Of a stretch of DNA of 64,000 nt, positions 33,926 to 45,074 are shown piece by piece (the first letter of the stretch is position 1; each line of letters begins with the position of its first letter). Location: positions 2,170,001-2,234,000 of the forward strand of contig OX337234.1 of the NCBI GenBank assembly GCA_946965045.2, in the 5' to 3' direction. The position numbers and the translations under genes were made by a program. The notes below the pieces were generated by a model. The model made no database searches, was not told the origin of the DNA, and saw only the letters and a list, made by a program, of their open reading frames with translations. This DNA is from Epithemia pelagica. Taxonomy: Eukaryota; Protista; Bacillariophyta.

Positions 33926-34891
33926 TTACAAGTTTAGTCCACCAATCGATGGGGAACTCGGTGGTTGAGTTACGTCTTTGACTTTTTGCCCTTTCACTTT
34001 TGTTGCGACAAAGCTGAAGGACTGACCAGGTTTCCATCCGGCACTAATGACTTCTTTCATGGTTTCAAAGGTTCTCCAGGCGGGAGGCTCTTCCGGTTCT
34101 GGTTCTACCACTGCTGCCAGATCTTCTTGGTCCTCCTCATCATTGCTGTTTTTGCGTTTCTTGTTGGATTTCTTGTTCTTGTTCTTCTTTTTCGATGCCT
34201 TTGGAGGAGGAATTTGAAAATCGGAAAAGAACATGGTGGCGCGTGCCTCGTCAAAGGGCCGAATATTGTTTTGTTGCAAGGCTTCCAGTACGGTTTCTCG
34301 GGCACACTCATCCATGGCAATCGCTTTGTACGTAGGCTCTAAATGCGGTGGAATCGTTCCGGGACGAAATCCTTGGAAGCGTTGCTGTTTGGCTTCACTC
34401 ATCAACTTTTTGTAAATAGCCTCGGAAAAGCGACCCAAATCGGCCTGTTCTCCATCAATCGTCAAGATCCATTCCGTTGGCATCGAGGCGCTGCTATATC
34501 CGTCACCCTCCGTCACCGCCTGTAGAGTACACCCACGAATACGACCATCTTGTTCGGGAACCACTTCACCTTGCCATTCACCATTGCTGCTCTTGACAAC
34601 TATTACTTCTTCACATGCTCGTCTTCTTCTTGGTGATCGTCTAGAGTTTAGCGGGAAGGAACTGGATGAGGGCGACACCGCATGCTGCGTCGGATTATTG
34701 CGTATGAATGATAGTGATCGTGCATCCTGGAACGAGTCCCAGTGTACCGTCCTTGTTGGAGAAAAGGAGCACACAGTGCCAACCATCCACGAAAGGAAAC
34801 AGACGGCATAGACTACCCAGCCTCCATGAGAACTGTGCTCTCTTCTTCTTCTTGGTGTAAGTGGTGACTTGTGAGGGATATCCCTTGTCAT
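33926..34891 (-). CDS. Plastid-type trigger-factor-like protein (ribosome-binding domain only)
   Basis: FQGFRPGTIP signature (GFRxGxxP). Signal-peptide-like segment VVYAVCFLSWMVGTVCSFS. Confidence 0.75.
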   Translation of the reverse strand: MTRDIPHKSPLTPRRRREHSSHGGWVVYAVCFLSWMVGTVCSFSPTRTVHWDSFQDARSLSFIRNNPTQHAVSPSSSSFPLNSRRSPRRRRACEEVIVVKSSNGEWQGEVVPEQDGRIRGCTLQAVTEGDGYSSASMPTEWILTIDGEQADLGRFSEAIYKKLMSEAKQQRFQGFRPGTIPPHLEPTYKAIAMDECARETVLEALQQNNIRPFDEARATMFFSDFQIPPPKASKKKNKNKKSNKKRKNSNDEEDQEDLAAVVEPEPEEPPAWRTFETMKEVISAGWKPGQSFSFVATKVKGQKVKDVTQPPSSPSIGGLNL

Positions 34892-35328
34892 TGCGCCAGC
34901 AATGTGTCCCTGGATTTTGAAGAATATATGAAGAGGTGAGTCGATCGAATACCTAGTCAAGGTCAAGGGTGGACTGACGACGACGGTTCCCTGAGAGATG
35001 TGGATGTGGAAGTTGGAGTTGGGCGAGTATCTCCATCCATCAACTTTCAGCGCGACTGGAACAGCGACCCATAAGAAATACCTATCGCTAGTCCGGAGAA
35101 TTCAGTGTAATCTGAAACTGTCGTTTATTCCATGTACCTGCTAGATATTACGGCTTTTGAGTTTTGGGGCCAGACAGTTCCCTCCAACCAATGTGCCACT
35201 CCTCTCACAATTTGAACTTCCGCAACTTGCAGAACATGTGGGCCGGATGATCACAACATATCCGTAAAGGTAACTCAAAACTGCTCTATTCTCTCTAGCT
35301 TAGCTGTACAGGTAGGAAGCGGAACTAG

Positions 35329-36330
35329 CTAGCCAGCCATTGTTGTGGTATCAGTGTCGTCTTGTTCCCATTGCAATGACACGGCTCTCAAGGTTGCCAT
35401 TTTGTGAGCAAACTGTCGCGATGGCAAACTCACCGTCTCACAGGAGTGTCGAATAAATTCGGTATTACTTTCGGCATTGAATCGCAGAACGGCTTCACCG
35501 TTGCGATATTGCAATTCGTGCATCAGAGCAAGTTGTTGTCGTCGGCATTGCTTGCTTCGTTTTTTGGTGCTCCCCAACGCCAAGGCTGCTTCCAAAGCAT
35601 AACGTTCCATTCCCGCAAGTTCTGGATGCTGTGATACCAATTCAAAGTAGGCTTGCTCCCATTCCGAAGATGCGCTGGTAGCTGCTCCTGTTGACGGTGT
35701 GTTTCGCAAATCGGTCCACGAGGATGATTGTTCTTGACTATTTCGTCGGATTTGGTCCTCGTAGATACCTTTGACGACAGCCTGAAAAGTTGCTGATGGC
35801 GACGAGGACGACAAAGTGGGTAACAAGGACGAAGTTCTACCCCTTTGAATGATGGTATCCCGTCGGAAACTCTGAAGTTCCTTTGAACTGAACCATCGTT
35901 CTTTTTGTTCCTCCTCCAACAAAGGGTCCACTGGATGAGTCTGATTGAGGGTGAGGTCAAATTGTACTCTTCGTTCCGGTCTGGTACTTCGCGTAGTCAA
36001 CGAGTTGCCAGCGAGCTTCTCTTTTTGTGGGTCCTTGTCAATGAGGGGTGCCGAAGTTGTCGATTTGGCGTCCAATGTCGTAGAAGTAGTGGATGTTCGG
36101 ACCACGCTGTTTGAACTGTGACAACCATTGCCATAGAAATATTCCGAAAAATGATCCACGTGATGAATCAAGCGAATGGACCTTCCATGTTCGATCAGCA
36201 TGTTGGCGGCGGGACGTAGTTTGGGTGTCGAACAGAACGCTCGTGTTGGGGGACTGTGGGGAAACATGACGCAAGAATAAAAGAAGCAAGAACGAGAAGA
36301 CGACCCAATTGCCAAGCCAACGATGCACAA
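35329..36330 (-). CDS. Hypothetical protein (start uncertain)
   Basis: 333-aa ORF. RRVQFD...WFSSKELQSFR and GMERY motifs are typical of diatom-expanded unknown proteins. Confidence 0.6.
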   Translation of the reverse strand: MCIVGLAIGSSSRSCFFYSCVMFPHSPPTRAFCSTPKLRPAANMLIEHGRSIRLIHHVDHFSEYFYGNGCHSSNSVVRTSTTSTTLDAKSTTSAPLIDKDPQKEKLAGNSLTTRSTRPERRVQFDLTLNQTHPVDPLLEEEQKERWFSSKELQSFRRDTIIQRGRTSSLLPTLSSSSPSATFQAVVKGIYEDQIRRNSQEQSSSWTDLRNTPSTGAATSASSEWEQAYFELVSQHPELAGMERYALEAALALGSTKKRSKQCRRQQLALMHELQYRNGEAVLRFNAESNTEFIRHSCETVSLPSRQFAHKMATLRAVSLQWEQDDTDTTTMAG

Positions 36331-37624
36331 GTGTGAGTCTTCGCAATCCAGTTTGTTACGGGTTGTCCAATGTCATCATGGTCTAGATCATTCGCACCTT
36401 ATTGTTGAGAAATTGTCGAGACAAGGCCTTTTGGCGGGAAGAAGGCGAGTGAGAGTGCGTGGATTGGTTCGCTTCCCTGTTTTTTGTGGGAGCAACAGTT
36501 GTTGGCATCACGACGAGTGGGTGTGACTCGGACTCGGGGGATTTTTCGTCAGTTGGGCCTCGAGAAGACTTCGTCCAACCTACCACGGGAAAGAAGCAGA
36601 ATCCTTCCCAATCAGTTGTTCTCTGCGCAACTCCCCACCAGCCAACCAAAAGACTGCGTGGACAGGCTCTTCGTCGCTGTTCCCACGAGCAGTGAGCCAC
36701 AACCTATCGGCGAAAAGTCTTGTTTTCCGTGCTTCGGATGCTTCTCTTTTCTTCCTGTGTGTCAGGGGCGAGGGCCTCGCTTGTGTTCCCGCTTGTTCCC
36801 GTCTGCGTTTTTGTGCCGGGCGCTCAGGAGTAGTGCGTGGGACCAGACTTCTTGAGTTGCGTCGCGAGAAATTCTCCCGGATAGATTTCGCGGGGTGGTC
36901 AGTCGCATGCGATATGCTCATTATATCCCTCCATTTCCATTGGACGAGATTGGATCTACGTCTGACCAGATATCAGCGCAATCAGAAGAGCAAGTAAAAG
37001 ACGCAAAGATGGTTTTGAGAATGGTACACTCTCCGGTTTTACAAGGGCGGAGAACCACTTCTTCTGAGTAGGACGCACAAACCTCATTTCGCAGAACAAG
37101 AACGCAAAATCCTATCTGGAATGATGAATAGAAGCTATGATTCGTTTCTGGGAAATGAAAGATTCCTACTTTCGCAAGGAGCCGCTCTTGGGCGATCCAA
37201 AATGACGGGACAATCCGATCAATTCTTGCTTCCCATTCCCACACATCCTTCGGCCGAGCTCCATCTCAGTACCAAGTACAAAGAACATGGAATACTACAT
37301 GAACGGTATAGACATGGGCTGCAAGTGACGTTGCTCGTACTCGTTAGAAGCTCTGGAACCGCATTCTTCTAGAGAGCGCAGTAAGGGCCATTGCTATGTA
37401 GGAGTAGATAGAGGGGTTGACCACATCGTTGCACCCCTAGCTCCTACTCCTAGCTTTTTGTCGCGTTAAAAAACGTTCGTCCGTCGGCCAATGGCCATGG
37501 CGACTGGCGACCGCTCATCATCCCAAATCCCAACCGACGATTCCCTCCACAACGAGAAGAACAAAAGACCGTCAATTGTTCTGTTGCTTTCCTTGACTTG
37601 AACTATTCGTCCTTCATTCAAACG

Positions 37625-38737
37625 ATGAGTGCCGCTGTGACCGATGATGCCCGAAAGAAGGCCAATTTACGCCTTTTGCAACGAACATGCGACAAATCCA
37701 TCACTGAGATTATGGCCACCGCAACCCATGTCGTCCTTTACGAATTTGCTCATGCTTCGTGGTCAAAAACAGAGGTCGAAGGGTCCCTCTTTGTTGTTTC
37801 CAAATCGTCGCCCCAAACATCATATATGTTGACAATAATGAATCGAAGCTCCACCGAAAATTTTACAATGCCCATAACATCCGAGTTGAACCTGCAACAC
37901 CAAGAACCCTACCTTATTTGCAAACGAATACTCTCGGATGCCAAAACTGGAACAAGTAAATCCGTTATCGAAGGAATTTGGTTTCACCATGCGCATGAAC
38001 GTATAGCGCTCACCAATACTATGGAACAAATAATTCAGTCGCTTCAACCGCAGCCATTCAATCCACCCTTACCTCAACAACTCACACAACCAGAACAACG
38101 GACGCAAATTGGAGGACCATCAATATCACTGGGACAAGCACAGCCGGGTGTTTCCTTAACAGCACACTCAACCACACTGGCAGCAACGCTTGCGGCTGCT
38201 CATCACAACCCTTTGCATCCAGCTCCGTCGGTACCTCAACCATCGACGGCTCATAGTGCATCCACTACACTCAATATTTCATCGTCTGTATCACCAGCGC
38301 CAGTGATTCCTCAAATACTCGACCCGTTGCACTCCGCCGCTCCTGCTGGAACGTCGACTGCAACACCTGATGAACGAGCCCAGTTGGCTGCGCTGTTGTC
38401 GCAAACGGCATTACTTGCGAGTCAACCACCATCCTCAACCACACCATCCATGACACCACCGCCCAAACCGACAGAAGGGAAACAACCAATTCTCCGGGAG
38501 GTTTCGAATCCACCCAGCTCTGTCGTCAATGGTGGCTCCACTACGGTGGCAACAGCAACAGGAGACGACATGGCTGCGCCGACAGCGCTTCCGCCAGGAG
38601 TTGCTCTGGACAAACGATCCTTACAATTAGCCTTGCTTTCCTTGATCCAAGATGATCGATTCTTGGAATTGCTGCACTCTCAATACTTGAGAGTCATGAA
38701 AGCTCGTGCAAAGAAAGGTGGTGCTGGTGATTCGTGA
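37625..38737 (+). CDS. DCP1: mRNA decapping enzyme subunit 1
   Basis: NLRLLQRTCDKSITEI...HVVLYEF...WSKTEVEGSLF...MNRSSTENF...GIWF (EVH1 domain). Pro-rich tail. Confidence 0.92.
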   Translation: MSAAVTDDARKKANLRLLQRTCDKSITEIMATATHVVLYEFAHASWSKTEVEGSLFVVSKSSPQTSYMLTIMNRSSTENFTMPITSELNLQHQEPYLICKRILSDAKTGTSKSVIEGIWFHHAHERIALTNTMEQIIQSLQPQPFNPPLPQQLTQPEQRTQIGGPSISLGQAQPGVSLTAHSTTLAATLAAAHHNPLHPAPSVPQPSTAHSASTTLNISSSVSPAPVIPQILDPLHSAAPAGTSTATPDERAQLAALLSQTALLASQPPSSTTPSMTPPPKPTEGKQPILREVSNPPSSVVNGGSTTVATATGDDMAAPTALPPGVALDKRSLQLALLSLIQDDRFLELLHSQYLRVMKARAKKGGAGDS

Positions 38738-39018
38738 TTTTGGCTAGCTAGTTATGATATAGCCCTACGAACAACATGATGGGAATTGCAATTGAGTTCT
38801 TGATTATTTGAAACTCCAAGCTTAGGTATTCACTTTTGTAGGACACGACATGTCGGCGGAGTTTTATCTCTGCTAATAAATCTAATGCATCACCATAGAG
38901 AGTCAGATACTGACAAACAATCGGCAACCCACAGCTATTATTCGTTTGATTCTGTAATGTCTATGGTTCCGATATCAAAACACTAACTGACATGCTATAC
39001 AGTTCCTTTCGAGTCAGT

Positions 39019-40073
39019 CTACCACATTCCTTTTTTAGCTACTCCCTTTTCAAACTTTGTGTCGGCGTCACCCAACAAGTTGAGCAAGAGTGAATCTGCG
39101 TTCAAATACACCTTATTTCCAGACGTGGCGACGACATCGGCAATGTCACGGGCAGCATCAATACGACGAAGCTTCATGAACCCAGGATTCTTCTTGACAG
39201 CTGTACCAATCAGCTCCGCTGATTCGGCTTCTCCACGTGCCTTGGTGATAATGGTCTTTTTTTCTTGCTGCGCACCAATCACAATGTACTTGGCACGCTC
39301 CGCATCTTGCTGTGCAACTTGCTTTGCTTCTACAGCTTTGGCATATTCTGGAGAAAAGGCGAGATGTGTAATAGACACATCCTACATCAACGAGCAAAAC
39401 GAGGCACAAGGCGACCATGTTGTTAGAACGAATCTTTCACCGCGCATACATCAGAGTTGTACAAAGCACCCACCTCCAACAAGATATTAAAGTAGCCAGC
39501 ACGTCTCTTGAGTTCCGCCGAGATTTCGCGCGACACTTGCTCTCGCTTCGTGAGCAATTCGGACGCATTGTATCGAGCCACCACTGCCTTGGCACACTCA
39601 TTGATAACAGAGGGAAGCACTCGTTCGTCGTAGTTCTTTCCCAAATGTCGATAGATCCACACCAATCGATTTGGGTCTGGTTTGTGCAACACACGGATCG
39701 CAATCGTCACCATCTGCAGATCCCTGCTCCCCGTCAAGGTCTGCAAACTGACCGGTCGGGTTCGCACGTCAAATATAATGGGGCGTTCAAACCATGGGAT
39801 ATTAAAATTCAGGCCTTCACCGTAGATGTGTTCTTTCATGCCAACCACTCGGTTGTACACGACGGAGCGGTGACCTCCCTGTACCGTATAGATGGAATGC
39901 AGAGCTCCGTAACCCAGCACCGCAGCACCCGCAAGGGCGGTGACCGAACTGGCCAAGGCTGCAGCGGCACGACCAGGACCTCCACCGCCTCCTCCACTAC
40001 CTCCGCCGCTTCCACCAGAGTTTCGCATCTGTTGCGCCATGCGCTTCATTGCTTCTCGGAATTGATTGGCCAT
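39019..40073 (-). CDS. PHB2: Prohibitin-2, 1 intron
   Basis: TVQGGHRSVVYNRVVG, EGLNFNIPWFERPIIFDVR, GSRDLQMV, SITHLAFSPEYAKAVEAKQVAQQDAERA. Confidence 0.95.
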
Positions 40074-40592
40074 GGTGCCGGTAAGTGTTGTTATCAATAA
40101 ACCTTGCGATGCTGCGTTGTCAAAGAAACACCACGATCCTTATCGGCTCTCTTCTTTCTCTTCATGAAAAAGATCCTGTTCTTGGGTTATGAGCTGGGGG
40201 TGGGGCGCAGTGGGGGTTTCCAAACGTGCGAGGGCTACCTCTACCTACCCAGGTAGGTGGCCAAAGTAGATGATAGATGATCCCCATTTTTAACGGTGGA
40301 CAGTCCTTGAACCTAGAACAATTGTCCTTAGCCAATGAAAGAATGAAAGTTGAGAGCTCCAATCATCCACTATATTTCTTGTGCGTAAGCAAAGGCACCG
40401 GCAAGAACTGGGCTATATTACCATCTGCTGAGGGGTAGTGTCTTTGTATATTCAAGATGAGTAGTCCGACGAAAGGTGGTTCAATGAGTTTATGGTCCAC
40501 GCAAAAAGAAGTGAACGCCACCATGGATCTGACAGTGTGAGATCCAACTTCATCAGGCTTCTGCAACCAACAGCAACATCCAGTGGATAAGG

Positions 40593-42551
40593 TCAGAGCG
40601 AACTTCGAATCGTAATCGTCGCAGCTGCTCTTTGTTTCAGTTTGTTCTTCAATACCTTGCCTAATGAGTTGCGGGGCAAAGAGGAAAGGACTATCCAAGA
40701 TCGGGGGCATTTATACCCAGACAATCCATGCTCTTTACACCATACCCGTAGGGAAGACAATGTGAGGGGAGTCTTATCCCTGCTCCGATGCATTTCTGTA
40801 AAGACAATTGCGCAGGCAACTGCTTCCCCAAATCGCACATGAGGAATCGGGAATACAGCAACTTCCTTCACCATGGGGTGTTTCTGAATCGTTTGCTCCA
40901 CTTCGAGTGCCATGACAGTTTCACCTCCCGTTCGAATCGAGTCGGTGACTCTGCCACAAAAGTACAAGTTGCCTTTCTCGTCCCATGCACCCACATCATT
41001 CGTGATGAACCATGCATTCTTGTCAAATCGGGACGACAAGTCTAGTGATGGAACAGCGGAACGTTTCCAATACCCGTTCATTAAATGAGGACCCCGTGTG
41101 GCTACGACTCCAATCGTGCATGGTTCATCAATGGGCTTCCTGCCAGGTTTCCCTCCACCTGATTCCAGGCTGCCGTCCATCGGCAGCAACGCCAACTGAA
41201 CGTGTTCTGCTGGTTGGCCAACACAATCACCCGAAATTTTCTTTGTCTCCCCTGATCCGTTTTCATTCTCGGTTGTCACATTGTGATATGTGAGCGATGA
41301 CGCTGCTTCTGTGCAGGCATACGTCTGGACGAGACGAACATTGGGGAAACAGCGCCGAAGAAATTCCAGTGCCGACTGAGATGCGGATTGGCCACCAATT
41401 AGTACCAGCTGCATAAATGGGAAAATCGCCGAAGGCTTGTAAGTCTCTTGGAGCATATGTATCATTGCTGGAACCACCACTAGTGTGTTACAAGTCTTTG
41501 ACGTCAAAGACTTGGAGGTTGCAAGCAATGTGTTCCATACATGAGTGGGATCAAACGAACCCGAAGCACGCTCATCTGTTGAGGTCGGATCCTTCAAGAC
41601 GAGCGTTCCTCCCGCCAGCCAACAGGCGAGAATATTGACCAATCCACCAACATGGAAAAAAGGCAACGAGGAGGCCCAAAGTCGAGTCTCCGAGTTGAAA
41701 CCACACGGCTCCTTCAATTTGGCCATGGCCTGAATCAGAAGTGCACCATGACCCAACTTGACCCCCTTCGACCCAGAGGTGGTTCCAGAAGTAAACAATA
41801 CGAGGGCCGTGTCCTCAGCTTCAATTGTAGAGCAATAGTTTTGAACAAGCGAGCGATTTGGTTTCTTTGTTCGTTGAAGAGCACCGGGGTGTTCAAACGG
41901 TTGCTTCGACATAGACGTTTCATTCTGATCAACCACATTCAGTTCAGCGTTTTCCCGCTGGGCCCGTGAATACTCAGGTAATGGTTTGAAGCAGATATGT
42001 TCATGATCCTGCGACAACTGTTGGGCCAACGCCTCGGCTTGTTTGCGAAAATAAGGTCCAAAGAGAATCATTGTTTTATGAACATGGTAGCCATGTTTAT
42101 CATCTTTAGAGAAAGAAGACTTCAAAACACTGTACATTTCATCGACTGTCCAGCGAGTGTTCAATAAAACTGGAATGATGTTTCTTGATGGTTGTTGATG
42201 TTTGCTTCGAGGCGAGGACACATCGGAAGCTGCCAAGACACTCAGAAAGAAATCGACCGAGTTATTGGAAAGAAAAGCAATGACAATGCTTCCACGTTGA
42301 TAAGGAAGCTCATGATTTTCTCGAATCTTTGTCTTGGCTGTCTTCTCCCGTCCTACAGCAAAGGTATGAGAAAGAGCTCGTTCCAACCAGTTTCGGTGTT
42401 GTTGCAAGGCCCATCGGGTTTGGTCAAAGGAAATTGACACCGACGGCCTACCCTGCTTGGAAACAAGCACTGCACAATCGTTCTCGTGATTGACCGGGTG
42501 ATCAATGACATCCGATAGTCTGGTGACTTCATGGTTGTCGAGGTGTTCCAT
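40593..42551 (-). CDS. AMP-binding acyl-CoA synthetase, o-succinylbenzoate-CoA ligase (MenE/AAE14)-like
   Basis: LFTSGTTSGSKG, PFFHVGG, YACTEA, IRTGGETV...EVE, GYKCPR, PRNSLGKVLK. C-terminal SSL. Confidence 0.8.
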   Translation of the reverse strand: MEHLDNHEVTRLSDVIDHPVNHENDCAVLVSKQGRPSVSISFDQTRWALQQHRNWLERALSHTFAVGREKTAKTKIRENHELPYQRGSIVIAFLSNNSVDFFLSVLAASDVSSPRSKHQQPSRNIIPVLLNTRWTVDEMYSVLKSSFSKDDKHGYHVHKTMILFGPYFRKQAEALAQQLSQDHEHICFKPLPEYSRAQRENAELNVVDQNETSMSKQPFEHPGALQRTKKPNRSLVQNYCSTIEAEDTALVLFTSGTTSGSKGVKLGHGALLIQAMAKLKEPCGFNSETRLWASSLPFFHVGGLVNILACWLAGGTLVLKDPTSTDERASGSFDPTHVWNTLLATSKSLTSKTCNTLVVVPAMIHMLQETYKPSAIFPFMQLVLIGGQSASQSALEFLRRCFPNVRLVQTYACTEAASSLTYHNVTTENENGSGETKKISGDCVGQPAEHVQLALLPMDGSLESGGGKPGRKPIDEPCTIGVVATRGPHLMNGYWKRSAVPSLDLSSRFDKNAWFITNDVGAWDEKGNLYFCGRVTDSIRTGGETVMALEVEQTIQKHPMVKEVAVFPIPHVRFGEAVACAIVFTEMHRSRDKTPLTLSSLRVWCKEHGLSGYKCPRSWIVLSSLPRNSLGKVLKNKLKQRAAATITIRSSL

Positions 42552-43324
42552 TTCTATTGGAGGGGCGTTTTCGAGTTACAACAGGATATTTACCCGCCGA
42601 ACTGCGACCAATAATATCTCGCGACTCTCGGTCTCATTTCAGTCACAGGGGTAAGTATGTCGCAGAAGTGTCTTTTTGATCCCCTCCCTCTACAGTAAAA
42701 TAAATAATTCCTACTGTACGAGTACTCGTACTCGTAGGGGTGTGAAGTAGTGTCAATCATCAATCATCCAGGAAAAAGGGCTGTATTTCTAATACTGTAC
42801 TCCATCTTGAGATAGTTCAAGCTTACCATATACAATTTATTAGCGCCCTTGTTAGCTCCATATATTAAAAATTTCGAAATGGGAATGAGAAAAAATCGTA
42901 TACCTATAATAGTGTACATTGATTTGATAAGCCCATTAGCCATGGCGAAGCTGTAGACCACGCCCCTCTACCTCTACGAGTACTCGTATTGCGTGTTGGG
43001 TTGGCGTTGGATGGAGAAGAGCGCTTTGTTTCATCACGACCATCGAACAATCAGATCAATCAATTGAGGTTGAACACAGAGAGAGTTTTGACAACCAGTC
43101 AAAACGCGACGAAACCTGAGACGAAACGAACAAGTGATCCTTCTCTAATAGCTCCGCACTCAGCTATCGAACGAGAGACAATTGAATTGAGACAGAGACG
43201 ATCAAGAAAGGATTGGGGGCTCGCATTGGTCATCGCGTCATTTTTTGTTGATTGCAAAACGGACAAACTTCTTGCACTTGTCGCATTTTTTACGCAGAAC
43301 GGGTCGAGCTTTGAAGGAATAAAA

Positions 43325-44827
43325 ATGAGCAGTGATAACAATTCACATTTTATGCAAGAGGATGACATTGTGATGCAAACGGAAGAGGAAGATGAGGAGG
43401 ATGAGGAGACGGACCCGGAGGACTTGGATGAGGACGACGATGAAGATGATGAGGACGACGACGATGATGACGAAGAGGATGATGATATGCAAGACGCAGA
43501 CGATCACATGGGTGGGACAGGTGAGCAGGGTGCCAATGCTGCCTCCCATCATGGTGCTGCCGCTGCCCCTCCAGCCGCAGCAGCTCCAGCGGCCCAGGAA
43601 GAAGCATCGGCCATTCAGCGACGGCGGCTGATTCAAGAAGTGATGAGAGACACGACCTTGTCCGAGCAAGAAAAGCGCATGCGGATTCAGAATATCATGA
43701 GTGGAGGGCGGACTGTTGTGGTAGCACCTCCGGCACCGGCCATTCCACAACCAGAAGCCAATGCCGCTTGTGTTCACTATGAGCGGAACTGCAACATTGT
43801 TGCTCCATGCTGCGGTCGTATCTATGGATGTCGTATTTGTCACGACGAATTAAGTCCTTGTCGACAACCCATGAATCGATTCATGGTTCAGGAAGTTGTG
43901 TGCAAAAATTGTAACACGCGTCAAAGGGCCTCGTAAGTGTATTGTTTTGACGACCTTCTCTTTCAACGGACACTCTCGCTAACCATTCTCTCTCGCAGAA
44001 ACCAATGTGTTAACTGCCATACCATATTTGGAGAATATCATTGTGGTGTGTGTAATTTGTGGATGTCAATGGTATGTATTTATTCGGTGGAGTTCCCGCT
44101 TTTCGTTCACCTGTCTCACTTTTTGGTCTTGATTGTTCGCGGCAGTCTAAAAAGCCCTTCCATTGCGAGCAATGCGGTTTTTGTCGTGTCGGTGGCGTCG
44201 AAGCATTTCGTCACTGCAATGAATGTTGCATGTGCATATCAGTGAGCGTCTTTGAGACGCATCAATGTTTCAAGGATAAGTACAAGAACAATTGTCCAGT
44301 GTGTCGAGAAGATATGTTCTCGTCGCGACAATCACCACAAGATTTACCCTGTGGTCATGCCATTCATGCACACTGTTTTCGCAAACTGGCTGGTTTTGAT
44401 TATCGATGCCCTATTTGCAAAAAGACTGTCGTGAGCCAGCAAAGTATGGCGGCCGCATGGGAAGCCCGGGCTAGGGATATTGCCGAACATCCAATGCCAG
44501 AGGACTTGCAGGTAAGGGTGAATACAGGACCTCTACCTCATTGTATGGTCGACGATGGTGTCAGTGATCTAATGCACTTTGGACCAATCTTTGATTGCTT
44601 CTTTTTGAATGTAGCGTATCGTGGATATCATGTGCAACGACTGTGAAACAAAATCCCACAATAGACAATGGCATTTCCTCGGCATTCAGTGTCCGCAATG
44701 CAACTCCTTCAATACAGTAGTCGAACAAGTGGTGAGCACAGGGAACGAGGTTCCTCCCACACAACCGGGACAAGAACAACCGCAACCGCCTCCTCCCGCT
44801 GGTGGCAATCCAAACAATGCCAGTTGA
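43325..44827 (+). CDS. RCHY1: RING finger and CHY zinc finger protein (Pirh2-like), 4 exons
   Basis: CVHYERNCNIVAPCCGRIYGCRICHDE, FHCEQCGFCRVGG, CPVCREDMFSSR, CGHAIHAHC, CPICKK, IMCNDC...CPQCNSFNT. Confidence 0.93.
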
Positions 44828-45074
44828 AATCGAAATGGATAACTTGCATGCTGTCTAAGGGACAATCCTTGATATTGATCAGAAATGACCAAGTGGATGG
44901 TAGAATCTCAACATTGCCAGGAAGTAGCTGTAGCTATATGTTCATATTCACATATTTTAAATAGAGCAATCCATGGTCTATAGTCACGAGGATAGATACG
45001 AGTGTATGAGTTCGGGTCACGAGCAATGAGGAAAAGCAATGCCTCCCAAGAATAGACTCTATGAAATCAACCAT

